IMG/VR virus record: IMGVR_UViG_3300028654_000001
Location: 1 to 64,000 of that record
Strand: one strand, 5' to 3'
Length of the DNA stretch: 64,000 nucleotides
The position numbers and the translations under genes were made by a program. The notes beneath the pieces are model-generated. The model saw only the letters and a program-made list of their open reading frames with translations, had not been told where the DNA came from and did not search any database. Shown here one piece after another: positions 38,927 to 47,556 of the stretch; position 1 is the stretch's first letter; each line of letters opens with the position of its first letter.

Positions 38927-39139
38927 TCATACAAGGTCGTCTTTGAGAACTCTCTCTAATCGGGTAAGTCTCTGCCCAGTATCATGATCTGGGCAGGACT
39001 CATCATCGGCTCTCGCCGCTATCCCTTTCTCACCGGTCTTACGATTCACCGGTTGAATAAGAGTGTACCCACGATTACAGGCTAATCCAAGCTTGGTGTG
39101 CTCGGAGCTCCACTTGCACTCGCTACACGATAATCTCAC
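38927..39139 (-). CDS. Cys Zn-binding family member with tag
   Basis: GTG 39139; SCSEC...CNRG...CPD...LTRLERVL. Confidence 0.7.
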   Translation of the reverse strand: MRLSCSECKWSSEHTKLGLACNRGYTLIQPVNRKTGEKGIAARADDESCPDHDTGQRLTRLERVLKDDLV

Positions 39140-39500
39140 CCTGAAGGATCCTTTCAAATCGAGTTGGATACAGGGTCTCAGCCTCTTCCTCGCGCTCAAC
39201 AAAACCTGGACGGCAGTAGGATAACTGAAGGAAGCCACCCTCTGGCGTAGTATATATGATCTTCCAATCATACAAGTTAAGGTGATCTATATTTACAATC
39301 CACTCAAGGCAGTACTTCATCAGGAAGTAGGGATCTTCTCTGACCCAAGCCAACCTAGGCCACTTAACAACGGCGCTCGTAAGCTCATTCTTCAGAGCAT
39401 GAACGAACTCAGAGATCCCAGCCCCAAGCCCGTTAACCTTGAATAGAGGGTGACCCGAATCGTCTTCCGAGACTGCTACGAGAAGTTCCTTGTAACTCAC
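39123..39500 (-). CDS. Hypothetical protein with C-terminal tag
   Basis: Ends LYPTRFERILQGEIIV. Confidence 0.7.
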   Translation of the reverse strand: MSYKELLVAVSEDDSGHPLFKVNGLGAGISEFVHALKNELTSAVVKWPRLAWVREDPYFLMKYCLEWIVNIDHLNLYDWKIIYTTPEGGFLQLSYCRPGFVEREEEAETLYPTRFERILQGEIIV

Positions 39501-39745
39501 AGGACAACCCCACTCAAGATCCTATCAAACCTCGTGGGCCTAATATCTAGTTTGTCACCACAAATCTCGCTGTGGGTCATGCTGAGCACCCTTGGAACCT
39601 CTTGTGTTGCCTTATCGGGAATCCATATGTAGAACACATAATGCCCCTTGCAACAGGGGGCATACCCGGAGTAGTAAGTTGGGTCATCCTCCACGTGAAA
39701 CTTATGTGAACAATCCATGCAGTTGGTCAGAGCCATAGGCATCAC
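39497..39745 (-). CDS. Cys/His Zn-binding family member with tag
   Basis: CMDC...CCKGH...CGD...PTRFDRIL. Confidence 0.75.
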   Translation of the reverse strand: MMPMALTNCMDCSHKFHVEDDPTYYSGYAPCCKGHYVFYIWIPDKATQEVPRVLSMTHSEICGDKLDIRPTRFDRILSGVVL

Positions 39746-39795
39746 TCATGCACGAGATTATCACGAACCATGCTGATCCGGTGTATGGATCAACA

Positions 39796-40284
39796 ATGGC
39801 CGACGAGATCGAAGACTACTGGGAGGGGATTAGGCCCCAGAGACCAAATGACACCGTTCCAGCTCCGAAGATCGAGGAGTATCAAGAGCCATTTAGTTAC
39901 ACCCATGAAGACTTAGGAATTGGGCTCCGAGCTATTAGTCGTCTTCGAACGGAGTTGTCAACACGAGAAGATGCGGAACAGTTAGAAAGAACCCTGCGTC
40001 TGGGCCTTGGAATACCCGATAGTATCCCCTCTCTGACCCCCCTCAACTCTCTTCAATCTTGGATGGACACTTCTGAAGTCAGAGCGGCGCTTGGTCTACA
40101 ACAGTCACAGAATCAAGCCATAACGAACCTCATTAGGGCTTTCGAAGCCCTAGGGTATCGCTGTGAAGCGTCATTTAGCAACTTCAGGCTCTACGTGGCC
40201 CTACCTGCCATCACCCCAGATAATTGGTCAGCTCATCAATTAACTGAGGGTGGGGTTCAGTTGATCTTGAATTTACCAAGATAG
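39796..40284 (+). CDS. N-tagged protein with ALGYxCE domain
   Basis: MADEIEDYWEGIRP; CGGTGTA 10 nt upstream of ATG 39796. Confidence 0.75.
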   Translation: MADEIEDYWEGIRPQRPNDTVPAPKIEEYQEPFSYTHEDLGIGLRAISRLRTELSTREDAEQLERTLRLGLGIPDSIPSLTPLNSLQSWMDTSEVRAALGLQQSQNQAITNLIRAFEALGYRCEASFSNFRLYVALPAITPDNWSAHQLTEGGVQLILNLPR

Positions 40285-40548
40285 GGGTTTCTTGGTATAG
40301 GCCACCTTTCTGGTTTTGATACTCCTAAAACCAGAACACACCCCATGAAACCCCATGACAGGGCATGGCGAGTCTGGAAAGTATACCACAAGAACCATCG
40401 GTTCTTAGATTGACCGACCATGTGGATTACTTAGTCAAAACACCACACAAACTGTCTTGACACCCCACTCCACCCCATGAATAACTAGGTACCTGGGTGT
40501 AACCATTTATTTTCGCGAGATTCCCCTAGTTGAAACGTAATCTAGGTC

Positions 40549-40791
40549 ATGAGACATCAACCACTGACAACTGCTCTGTTCTTTGCCGAGCTTTCACTTC
40601 GGATGTACCTGAACAACCAGATGAACGGGATTCGACACAGCGAGCAGGTTCTGAGTAGGGTTGGCCCAGGGGACAGATACCGCCATAATGGCCGGTGTTG
40701 CCGCTTGGACTCGAGAGTTCAACGTTCTATCTCAAACCGGAAGCAGAAGGTTGCCGTGGCTGAGATGAGATTGAACGCTCTTCTTGCATAG
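40549..40791 (+). CDS. Hypothetical protein
   Basis: AACGTA 9 nt before ATG; first gene of a plus-strand run. Confidence 0.55.
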   Translation: MRHQPLTTALFFAELSLRMYLNNQMNGIRHSEQVLSRVGPGDRYRHNGRCCRLDSRVQRSISNRKQKVAVAEMRLNALLA

Positions 40792-40799
40792 GTTAGGTC

Positions 40800-41066
40800 A
40801 TGTCAAAACTAACTATTGAGCCTTCCCAGTACTCTAGAAGTGACGGCATTATCATGAACAAACTCCCTTCCGGGAGCTGGGTTATCTGTCGTGGAGGAGG
40901 TTGCTTCTTCTTCGACAAGACCAAGATGGATGTAGATCCTTGGGTATTCAAGGCAGCCAATAGCATTCAGGAGCTCGAAGTGTTAGGGATGTCATTTGGG
41001 GAGGCTTACCGATTCCTCGAAGTGATCCCACCTAAAGAACAAGTAAAGAGAGTGCCTAACTCATGA
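40800..41066 (+). CDS. Hypothetical protein
   Basis: ATGA-coupled to the next gene. Confidence 0.6.
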   Translation: MSKLTIEPSQYSRSDGIIMNKLPSGSWVICRGGGCFFFDKTKMDVDPWVFKAANSIQELEVLGMSFGEAYRFLEVIPPKEQVKRVPNS

Positions 41067-41647
41067 AGCGGTCACCCTGGGGAAAAGTTGAACTCGAGCA
41101 CAAGATTCGTGAAGGGATGACTTCCGTCAGCACAGCGGGTCATGGTGGGATCAAACTCAGTGCAACCCTCAATGCCAAAATTCCAAAGATCTTCCGCTGC
41201 AAGGGCGGGTGGTACGAGGAAGATTGTGAGTGGGCTATAGTTGCCCTCATCTTCCCGGAAGCCTTCCCAGGTCAGGAGGGGCAAGTTCTCACCATCATCA
41301 AGAACAACTGGCCAGAAAGCTACACGATCTGGTCTGGAAAACCAGTAACCCTTGACGAAAGCTATGAGCTGCGTCGACAGCACTTCCGAGCGGTCACAGC
41401 ATCAAAGTTTGTGGTTAGGGCAGCCTGGGGAGACTGGCACCCCAACGTCCCTTCCGGAATGGTAGGGGTTCTTGCCCGTAAGTTTGAACCAGAAGAGGAG
41501 GCTTACTTCCTCATTAAAGTCGACGAATACGGGGATGCGGACAAGCCGTTCGGATTCGTAATCGACCCCAAACGTCACGCACCATGGGGCGGCCCCAACA
41601 ATAAGTCAACCACCAAGGAGAGTGCCTTAGGGACGCCGACTCGATAG
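41063..41647 (+). CDS. DUF7007-like protein
   Basis: SPWG...STAGHGGIKLS...WYEEDCEWAIV. Confidence 0.7.
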   Translation: MKRSPWGKVELEHKIREGMTSVSTAGHGGIKLSATLNAKIPKIFRCKGGWYEEDCEWAIVALIFPEAFPGQEGQVLTIIKNNWPESYTIWSGKPVTLDESYELRRQHFRAVTASKFVVRAAWGDWHPNVPSGMVGVLARKFEPEEEAYFLIKVDEYGDADKPFGFVIDPKRHAPWGGPNNKSTTKESALGTPTR

Positions 41648-41762
41648 CTGTCAGCTCTGCTCTACAAGCAGCAACTACGATCCTCGCAAGTATAGACGAC
41701 AAGAAGCTTAGCTGATTGGCCGAAGTTAATGTACTTGAAAACAAGCTCAATTTGGAATAATA

Positions 41763-42218
41763 TTGAACCGGATGTTACCTCTAACCCAGTCTCAACTTGA
41801 AGCTTGTGCTCATGCAGGCCATGAAGCTGTAAGAACCTTTTGTGCTCACAACTACAATCACCAGATTTGGCCTTGGAGTAGGGTTCCTATGGTTCTCCGG
41901 CGTGAGGTTATGATTGATGCTGGTAGCTTCATCACCGGCAGATCACCCGAGGAGGTACACAAGGCGTTCTTTGAAAGACTTTCTGCAGACGGATGGACCT
42001 TTGCACCAGAGATCAATCGAGAAAGTAAGAAGCACCCGAGAATGCTACCCTGGAGCAGGCTGTCAGCTCAACAGAGAGCTCGAGAAGTTGTCTTCGCGGG
42101 AGTTGTTAGGGTCATGGCTAAGGCTTTCGAAGTTGACTCGAAGAAAATTACTTTGAAACCAGGGGAGGAACCTCCTAGGGTTAGCGTATTAGATCACCTC
42201 GAGTGGATGGACTTATAG
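41763..42218 (+). CDS. Phage RyR-domain-like protein
   Basis: PEEVH...DGWTF...KKHPRMLPWSRLSAQQR. Confidence 0.7.
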   Translation: MNRMLPLTQSQLEACAHAGHEAVRTFCAHNYNHQIWPWSRVPMVLRREVMIDAGSFITGRSPEEVHKAFFERLSADGWTFAPEINRESKKHPRMLPWSRLSAQQRAREVVFAGVVRVMAKAFEVDSKKITLKPGEEPPRVSVLDHLEWMDL

Positions 42219-42242
42219 AACTCTGGCTCGGGCAACTCTCTT

Positions 42243-42716
42243 TTAATCCTCTGGGAATTCCACTACAATTCCCACTCCACCGTTCTGGGTAACCCGAGTT
42301 CCAATCCTGAAGTGGGGCAGTTCATTGGGGACTGGCTCTATAAGGAACCACACTGCTCGGTTCCCATTTGAGAGTCGCTCTTGTCCAACAGAGCCGGTGA
42401 TCCCAAGAGCCGCAAGAGATGACATGAGACGGTTGAGAGGGCTGTTTCCATTAGGCTCTTCCCTATTACTAAGACCATCCATGTAGGCGTGATTTCTAAT
42501 CCTCTGCTCCCTCGTAGATAGGGGTTCGAACTCAGCCCAAGTGTCAGGAGGCCTCCTCCGAAGAGAGCTGATCGTTCTGAGCCCAGTATCTGGATTATGC
42601 TGGTCAATGAGCCCATGCGGCGGACCAGGTCTCTCAGCAGGCTCAGTAGGGGACCTGGGAGACTCTCTACGAGGTCTGATCCCTTCCCAATAGGAGTCAA
42701 TGTCATCGTCAGGCAT
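42243..42716 (-). CDS. N-tagged hypothetical protein
   Basis: Begins MPDDDIDSYWEGIRP. Confidence 0.75.
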   Translation of the reverse strand: MPDDDIDSYWEGIRPRRESPRSPTEPAERPGPPHGLIDQHNPDTGLRTISSLRRRPPDTWAEFEPLSTREQRIRNHAYMDGLSNREEPNGNSPLNRLMSSLAALGITGSVGQERLSNGNRAVWFLIEPVPNELPHFRIGTRVTQNGGVGIVVEFPED

Positions 42717-43248
42717 GACGATTCCTAATGGTTAGGCGGAGCTCACCACCCACGCAAGGAGAGGCCCAGCTTGGTTCAGTGAGCCCATGGAACTGTATGC
42801 ACAGATTCTCCTCTTCAGTGACCCAGGTCTCGCACGAGTAACCCAGTGTCTGAAGGGCCAGCTGGAGATCCCGCAAGGGGACAGCGTCCTCAAGGTTGTG
42901 AAATGACTGTGGGTTTCTGTTATTTAGGATTCCATCTGCCAAAGCATGACCACCCTCGATGGAGTCAAGATCTGGAACGTGCATAGCACGAAAGTCATCG
43001 TAGGTCTGCTGATTCATGATCAGAGGCCTAACTGCAGGATGGGACTGGAATGCCTCCGAGGAGCGAAAAGTTCGTGCGGTTCTGGCGGTAGAGGCCGGGT
43101 AGAGGCCGAGCTCTTGAGCCCTCCTGAACTGTTCTTCTATTGTGGTTGGACTGACATCGTCCCCACTCAAGATCACCTCGAGAGGTTCACTAACCTCTCT
43201 ACGAGGTCGGCTCACATCCCAATAGGATTCGATGTCTTCAGCCATCAC
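42709..43248 (-). CDS. N-tagged protein with LGYxCE domain
   Basis: MAEDIESYWDVSRP...LQTLGYSCE. Confidence 0.75.
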   Translation of the reverse strand: MMAEDIESYWDVSRPRREVSEPLEVILSGDDVSPTTIEEQFRRAQELGLYPASTARTARTFRSSEAFQSHPAVRPLIMNQQTYDDFRAMHVPDLDSIEGGHALADGILNNRNPQSFHNLEDAVPLRDLQLALQTLGYSCETWVTEEENLCIQFHGLTEPSWASPCVGGELRLTIRNRHA

Positions 43249-43484
43249 GACCTCTTCGGTGGTAGAAACGCGAAGTGGACCGTACCATCAGAGAGGTTGG
43301 CTCCATACCAACTATCCATATGGGGAATATGAAAAACCAGATTCAGCTGGTTGTCCGAATCAAAGTTTACCTCACACTTGTACCCGAAGGCTGCAAAGGC
43401 CTTCTCGAGGTTTCGACTACGGACATTCCACCACTCTACAGGCGGACTTTCTTGCTCCCCCTCGAACGGATCTTCTTTGGCCAC
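43245..43484 (-). CDS. Stand-alone FGYxCE domain protein
   Basis: NLEKAFAAFGYKCE; CGGTGTA 9 nt upstream of GTG. Confidence 0.7.
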   Translation of the reverse strand: MAKEDPFEGEQESPPVEWWNVRSRNLEKAFAAFGYKCEVNFDSDNQLNLVFHIPHMDSWYGANLSDGTVHFAFLPPKRS

Positions 43485-43718
43485 AAGGTAGTATACACCG
43501 ATTAGCGCTGAGTAAACAGCCTAGTGTCAACGAAGAGGACGATATCACCAGGCTCCGAACTTTTTGTAATCATTACATTTAGCCCGAACTCAAACAGCTT
43601 CCAAGCAATGTACTGAGCAGTTCCAGAGGTGCCCTCGACCACCTGCTTATGCTGGTACGGAGCGTCCTTGAGTTGGGAGCCCCCATCCAATCAATGATCA
43701 TAATTTTCATAGAAACCC

Positions 43719-44099
43719 TCAATAAGTTCGTTGCTTTGGCGAAGGGGATCGTTGGCTCGTTCCAAAAAGGTAGAAACTTCTTTCATCGAACGGACTTACT
43801 TTAAACCCGAGCTTACTCACCAACCTCACCGCAAATCTAGGCTCTAGAACGCATTCCACGTAGATCCCCATCTCGGGATACTGAGCTCGTAGCCTTGCCA
43901 CTAGGCGGGTGAAGGTGCCTTTCCCTGGATGCCTAGCAGTGAGATTTGACAGGTCAATCATCAACCGTAGACCCCCTTCAAGAGATCTCTTGGAAAGGCG
44001 GACGTAGAGTTTGGTGAACCCGGGCTCCTTTACCCAGGAGTTCTTAGGCCATGCTTTCTCCCCTTGAACGAGGAACTCATCAAGGGTTGGTTCCTTCAT
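43719..44099 (-). CDS. GNAT-like acetyltransferase (tentative)
   Basis: IDLSNL...PGKGTFTRLV...IYVECV...KLGF. Confidence 0.5.
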   Translation of the reverse strand: MKEPTLDEFLVQGEKAWPKNSWVKEPGFTKLYVRLSKRSLEGGLRLMIDLSNLTARHPGKGTFTRLVARLRAQYPEMGIYVECVLEPRFAVRLVSKLGFKVSPFDERSFYLFGTSQRSPSPKQRTY

Positions 44100-44167
44100 A
44101 GCCTTCGGGTATTTTTAGGGGCATTGATCTTGAACTTACTATTTCTCATGTAATACTACGTTTCAGG

Positions 44168-44422
44168 TCAGGTAATTTCACCAAGCCCAAGATCTAAACA
44201 GAAAGTCGTTGCACTGGCCTCCCTAGTCTCCAGGATCTCCAACTGCTCTTGGGTCAGGGATACCGCCCGGAGATCAACCTTGACGCCAAACGGCGCCAAA
44301 GCATTCTGGGCCGTCCAGATAGCATCCTGTTCGGTACTGTCCCAGCCATGGACAGCCCATCGCTTACCCAAGATCATGTTACCGTCGATGTGGAGGATCT
44401 CTCTGCCGATTGCTGCGAACAT
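44168..44422 (-). CDS. Hypothetical protein
   Basis: AGGA before ATG. Confidence 0.55.
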   Translation of the reverse strand: MFAAIGREILHIDGNMILGKRWAVHGWDSTEQDAIWTAQNALAPFGVKVDLRAVSLTQEQLEILETREASATTFCLDLGLGEIT

Positions 44423-44573
44423 TACATCCTATTGTACTACATATTGGGGGATCTACTCAACTAAGTTAGTCAATCACCAGAGAATAGTCTATCGAGCCGA
44501 GTTTGATCACAGCACCACTGAATATTCTCCTGGTTCTTATTGGACACGGAGCCTGGAAGTATCTAGTTTAGGA

Positions 44574-44972
44574 CTACTCCATGGCCTTATCAATCCACGA
44601 GTAGTCCTCTTCTTGCTTAGGTTCAGGCCCTTCAAGAGTCAACAAGAGGTCTGACTCTACATCTTCTATCGACTTTGGCTTAAGGGACTCTTCAATCCAC
44701 GAGTAGTCATCATACTCATCCTCTGGAAGATCCTTTATGGTTAGGACCTGGATGGCTAACTTAACAGCTATATCAATAGGACTCAGGCCCTCAACTTCTG
44801 CCACTACACGAATATAGTCGAAAAAGTCGAAGTAGAACTCGCTACCCCACCTAAAGCCAGGTTTGTGACCAGCACTTGCTAACCTAACCAGAAGTCGACT
44901 AATCCACTTGGTAACGGTCTCGTTTCCGAACCTCTTAGCAAGTTGAGTCCTTGAAGTTCCTGGTCTAGTCAT
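44574..44972 (-). CDS. Hypothetical protein with duplicated DYSWI motif
   Basis: DDYSWIEES and EDYSWIDKA. Confidence 0.65.
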   Translation of the reverse strand: MTRPGTSRTQLAKRFGNETVTKWISRLLVRLASAGHKPGFRWGSEFYFDFFDYIRVVAEVEGLSPIDIAVKLAIQVLTIKDLPEDEYDDYSWIEESLKPKSIEDVESDLLLTLEGPEPKQEEDYSWIDKAME

Positions 44973-45165
44973 GTAGGATCCGTTCGAATCGAGTCAAGTG
45001 CACAAGTGGTCGGTACCGGGCACACTTGAAAACCTCAGCCGTGGAGGTCCAATGACGAAGACCCTCCAAGCAAACTAATTCCCACCACGGGCGATCCCCC
45101 GAGGGGAATGGCGACGGTGGGTTCACATTACTCAGGCATGATTCGCAGAGGTTGGAGTCAGTCAC
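44965..45165 (-). CDS. Cys Zn-binding family member with tag
   Basis: GTG 45165; CESC...CLEG...C...LTRFERILHD. Confidence 0.7.
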   Translation of the reverse strand: MTDSNLCESCLSNVNPPSPFPSGDRPWWELVCLEGLRHWTSTAEVFKCARYRPLVHLTRFERILHD

Positions 45166-45475
45166 CGGAGAGAATTCGTTCGAATCGAGTTGGGTAGGTC
45201 TCTTCGACTTTAGAGTATTCGTCCCGAAAGTCAACGCAGCGGCCATTCTCTACCGGAACTAAGTGGGCTCGCATCTCATGGTTGCCAACCCTCAGTGTGA
45301 TCTTGGCCACATGGTTAGCCTTGCAGGTAACTCGGTACATCTCAACCGCTGTCTTTGGGCGATGAGTTCTGAGAGTCGGATCAAGTGGCACCATAAACTC
45401 AGTTGATCTAGGAAAAACCCTATCCTTGTACAGATAGTCATCCGGGCAATGGTTGCAGTAGTTACAGATTGGCAT
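45158..45475 (-). CDS. Cys/His Zn-binding family member with tag
   Basis: CNYC...CKANH...CVD...PTRFERILSGD. Confidence 0.75.
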   Translation of the reverse strand: MPICNYCNHCPDDYLYKDRVFPRSTEFMVPLDPTLRTHRPKTAVEMYRVTCKANHVAKITLRVGNHEMRAHLVPVENGRCVDFRDEYSKVEETYPTRFERILSGD

Positions 45476-45748
45476 TCAGATCCAAGATTCAATTGCTGGC
45501 AGATCCTGGGTACTTGGCTCAGCCAGGCATACCCGCCCTGGAGGGATAAGCTTCCTCGCTTCCTCCAAGGTATTAGTCAGTTGGTAGTCTACATGCATAT
45601 ATACCTTCTCATTCAACGCTGTTGACTCACGCACTACATAGTTCTCAGGGAAGTCGAATGGGTGCTTGTAGATCGTGAGGACACTAAGACCTTTAGACAT
45701 ATCCAAGTCTTGAATTATATTGGTGCTTTCTAGAACTACTCTAGTCAT
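45476..45748 (-). CDS. Hypothetical phage protein
   Basis: TIYKHPFDFPENYVVR...TLEEARKLIP...IESWI. Confidence 0.7.
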   Translation of the reverse strand: MTRVVLESTNIIQDLDMSKGLSVLTIYKHPFDFPENYVVRESTALNEKVYMHVDYQLTNTLEEARKLIPPGRVCLAEPSTQDLPAIESWI

Positions 45749-46257
45749 TATGTCCTAGAGGAATCGTCATCGAGAACCCTCTCGAACCGAGTTGGCCGTG
45801 GTCCTCTGTAGGACGCTGGCTTGGCATCAACACCTATCGGACCATGTTCTCGAACCAACTCACCTTCCAAATCAACCTCTCGAATGACCACATATGGTAG
45901 AAGTCGACTCAGGTCCCCCAGACTATTCCTTGCAAGCTCACGAACGTTTTCCGTGAGAAGTGGACTATCAGGACTGAGCAGAGCGAACTCAATCGTGGGG
46001 TTTACCTGGCCGGCACTGGCCTCAATTCGTAAATCTTGAATAAGACTTACTTGGTTTCCATTCGAGTAGACCTTAGTATTCTGAACCGACAAGGGTCTAT
46101 CGCCCTCATCACTCTCGGGGTGTGTCCTTTCAGATGTAATCACCAATGCGTCTTCACTTAGAATGACCACTTGATGAAGTCGGTTTGGCCACGAGGCATC
46201 TGTTCTACGCTGTATAATGAATACCCTATCGAACTCCCCCACTTCGATCGTTGGCAT
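45748..46257 (-). CDS. Hypothetical protein with C-terminal tag
   Basis: Ends GPRPTRFERVLDDDSSRT. Confidence 0.7.
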   Translation of the reverse strand: MPTIEVGEFDRVFIIQRRTDASWPNRLHQVVILSEDALVITSERTHPESDEGDRPLSVQNTKVYSNGNQVSLIQDLRIEASAGQVNPTIEFALLSPDSPLLTENVRELARNSLGDLSRLLPYVVIREVDLEGELVREHGPIGVDAKPASYRGPRPTRFERVLDDDSSRT

Positions 46258-46264
46258 ATACCCC

Positions 46265-46540
46265 TCAACTTAGTCGGCAGATGACTTCATCACAAAAGTC
46301 CTTCCCGAAGGTATCACTAATTGCCTCACTGAGCTTAGATAAAACTCGACCCCTGTCCATTCCAGACTTTACCATCTGGTCACAAAGCAATGTCCAAGCT
46401 GGAATCCACCCTTTTCTAAGGCAAACCTCGAAAATGACATCGAACGGCAAGCCAAAGGTCTCGAAGCATTTCCAGATGCCGTCGACTACCAGCCTACCGT
46501 CCGTTGTCCTTCCAACCACCGTGATTAGAGTTGGCTTCAC
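46265..46540 (-). CDS. Small protein resembling an AlaRS helical subdomain
   Basis: DGIWKCFETFGLPFDV compared with AlaRS G..AFxLYDTYGFPxDL. Confidence 0.45.
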   Translation of the reverse strand: MKPTLITVVGRTTDGRLVVDGIWKCFETFGLPFDVIFEVCLRKGWIPAWTLLCDQMVKSGMDRGRVLSKLSEAISDTFGKDFCDEVICRLS

Positions 46541-46728
46541 TTGTCCTTGGGAGGATCTTTGGGAGGGTCCTTCGGTGCTGTCTTGTGAAGCCAGTACCCA
46601 GTGACAGCCCCAGCAACCAAACCAAGTGGGATTAGAATGGGCACAGCAGCACAGGCTACTGCCCCGACCACAGACCCAACCACGCCTGCTGGTACCGACT
46701 TCTCGTCAACGTCAACGTCAATTTTCAT
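46537..46728 (-). CDS. Small glycine-zipper membrane protein
   Basis: GVVGSVVGAV...GLVAGAVTGYW. Confidence 0.6.
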   Translation of the reverse strand: MKIDVDVDEKSVPAGVVGSVVGAVACAAVPILIPLGLVAGAVTGYWLHKTAPKDPPKDPPKDK

Positions 46729-46740
46729 GGTGACCCCAAT

Positions 46741-47553
46741 CTATGACATGTAATCTTCGATCTCCCGCACACACCTGACGAACTCAGGGCTCCGTTTCAT
46801 AGTCTTGTCACGTACTAGTGGCAGCGGTGAGGTGAAGTCCTTCGTGATATTACCAGGGTTGCGTCCCATCACATAGATGGTATCCCCAAGGTACACCGCC
46901 TCCGGGATGTCATGAGTTACCAAGATGATGGTAGGCTCAACGCTAACCCAGATCTTTGCAATCAATTCCTGCATCTCATTTCGAGTCTGAAGATCCAAGG
47001 CTCCAAAAGGTTCATCCATCAGAAGGACCTTGCTATCGTAAGCCAAGCTTCGAGCAAGAGCCACCCGTTGGAGCTGCCCACCAGAAAGGTTAGGGGCCTT
47101 AGCCCACTTTCGTTCCTGCCCCTCGAGGCCAACCTTGACGATCATCTCCATCGCCCTGGCATCCCGCTCTTTCTTTGACACACCACGGTATCTCAAGCCC
47201 AAACCAACGTTGTCCAACACCGTGTAATGATCGAGAGAGGAGTATGCTTGAAAGATCATTCCAATACGATCAGTGGGGAGCCGAGGGCGGCCACCAATCA
47301 AAACCTGCCCTTCCGTAGGGACCTGCAGCCCGCTGATAAAGCGTAGAATGGTTGATTTACCGCACCCAGAGGCGCCAAGGATTACAACGAACTCACCCTT
47401 CCCTGGCTTGTCTTCAATTAAGAGGTTCACATCCTCAAGGACAACGTGCTCCCCACCATCATCGTCCTTGTAGACTTGCTTGACACTTCGCAGCTCCAGG
47501 ATGTCCGGGAGCTCAGTGTTGATCATCTTCACGGCTTGAACAGCAGCAGGCAT
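46741..47553 (-). CDS. ABC transporter ATPase, NitT/TauT family
   Basis: GASGCGKS, LSGGQLQR, LMDEPFGALD and VTHD motifs. Confidence 0.95.
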   Translation of the reverse strand: MPAAVQAVKMINTELPDILELRSVKQVYKDDDGGEHVVLEDVNLLIEDKPGKGEFVVILGASGCGKSTILRFISGLQVPTEGQVLIGGRPRLPTDRIGMIFQAYSSLDHYTVLDNVGLGLRYRGVSKKERDARAMEMIVKVGLEGQERKWAKAPNLSGGQLQRVALARSLAYDSKVLLMDEPFGALDLQTRNEMQELIAKIWVSVEPTIILVTHDIPEAVYLGDTIYVMGRNPGNITKDFTSPLPLVRDKTMKRSPEFVRCVREIEDYMS

Positions 47554-47556
47554 ATA

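Noticed and set aside
41763-42218. C-terminal PPRVSVLDHLEWMDL as another C-tag copy
   Set aside because: It lacks the R-[FL]-[ED]-[RK] core, so it was not counted, although position and hydrophobic spacing are similar.
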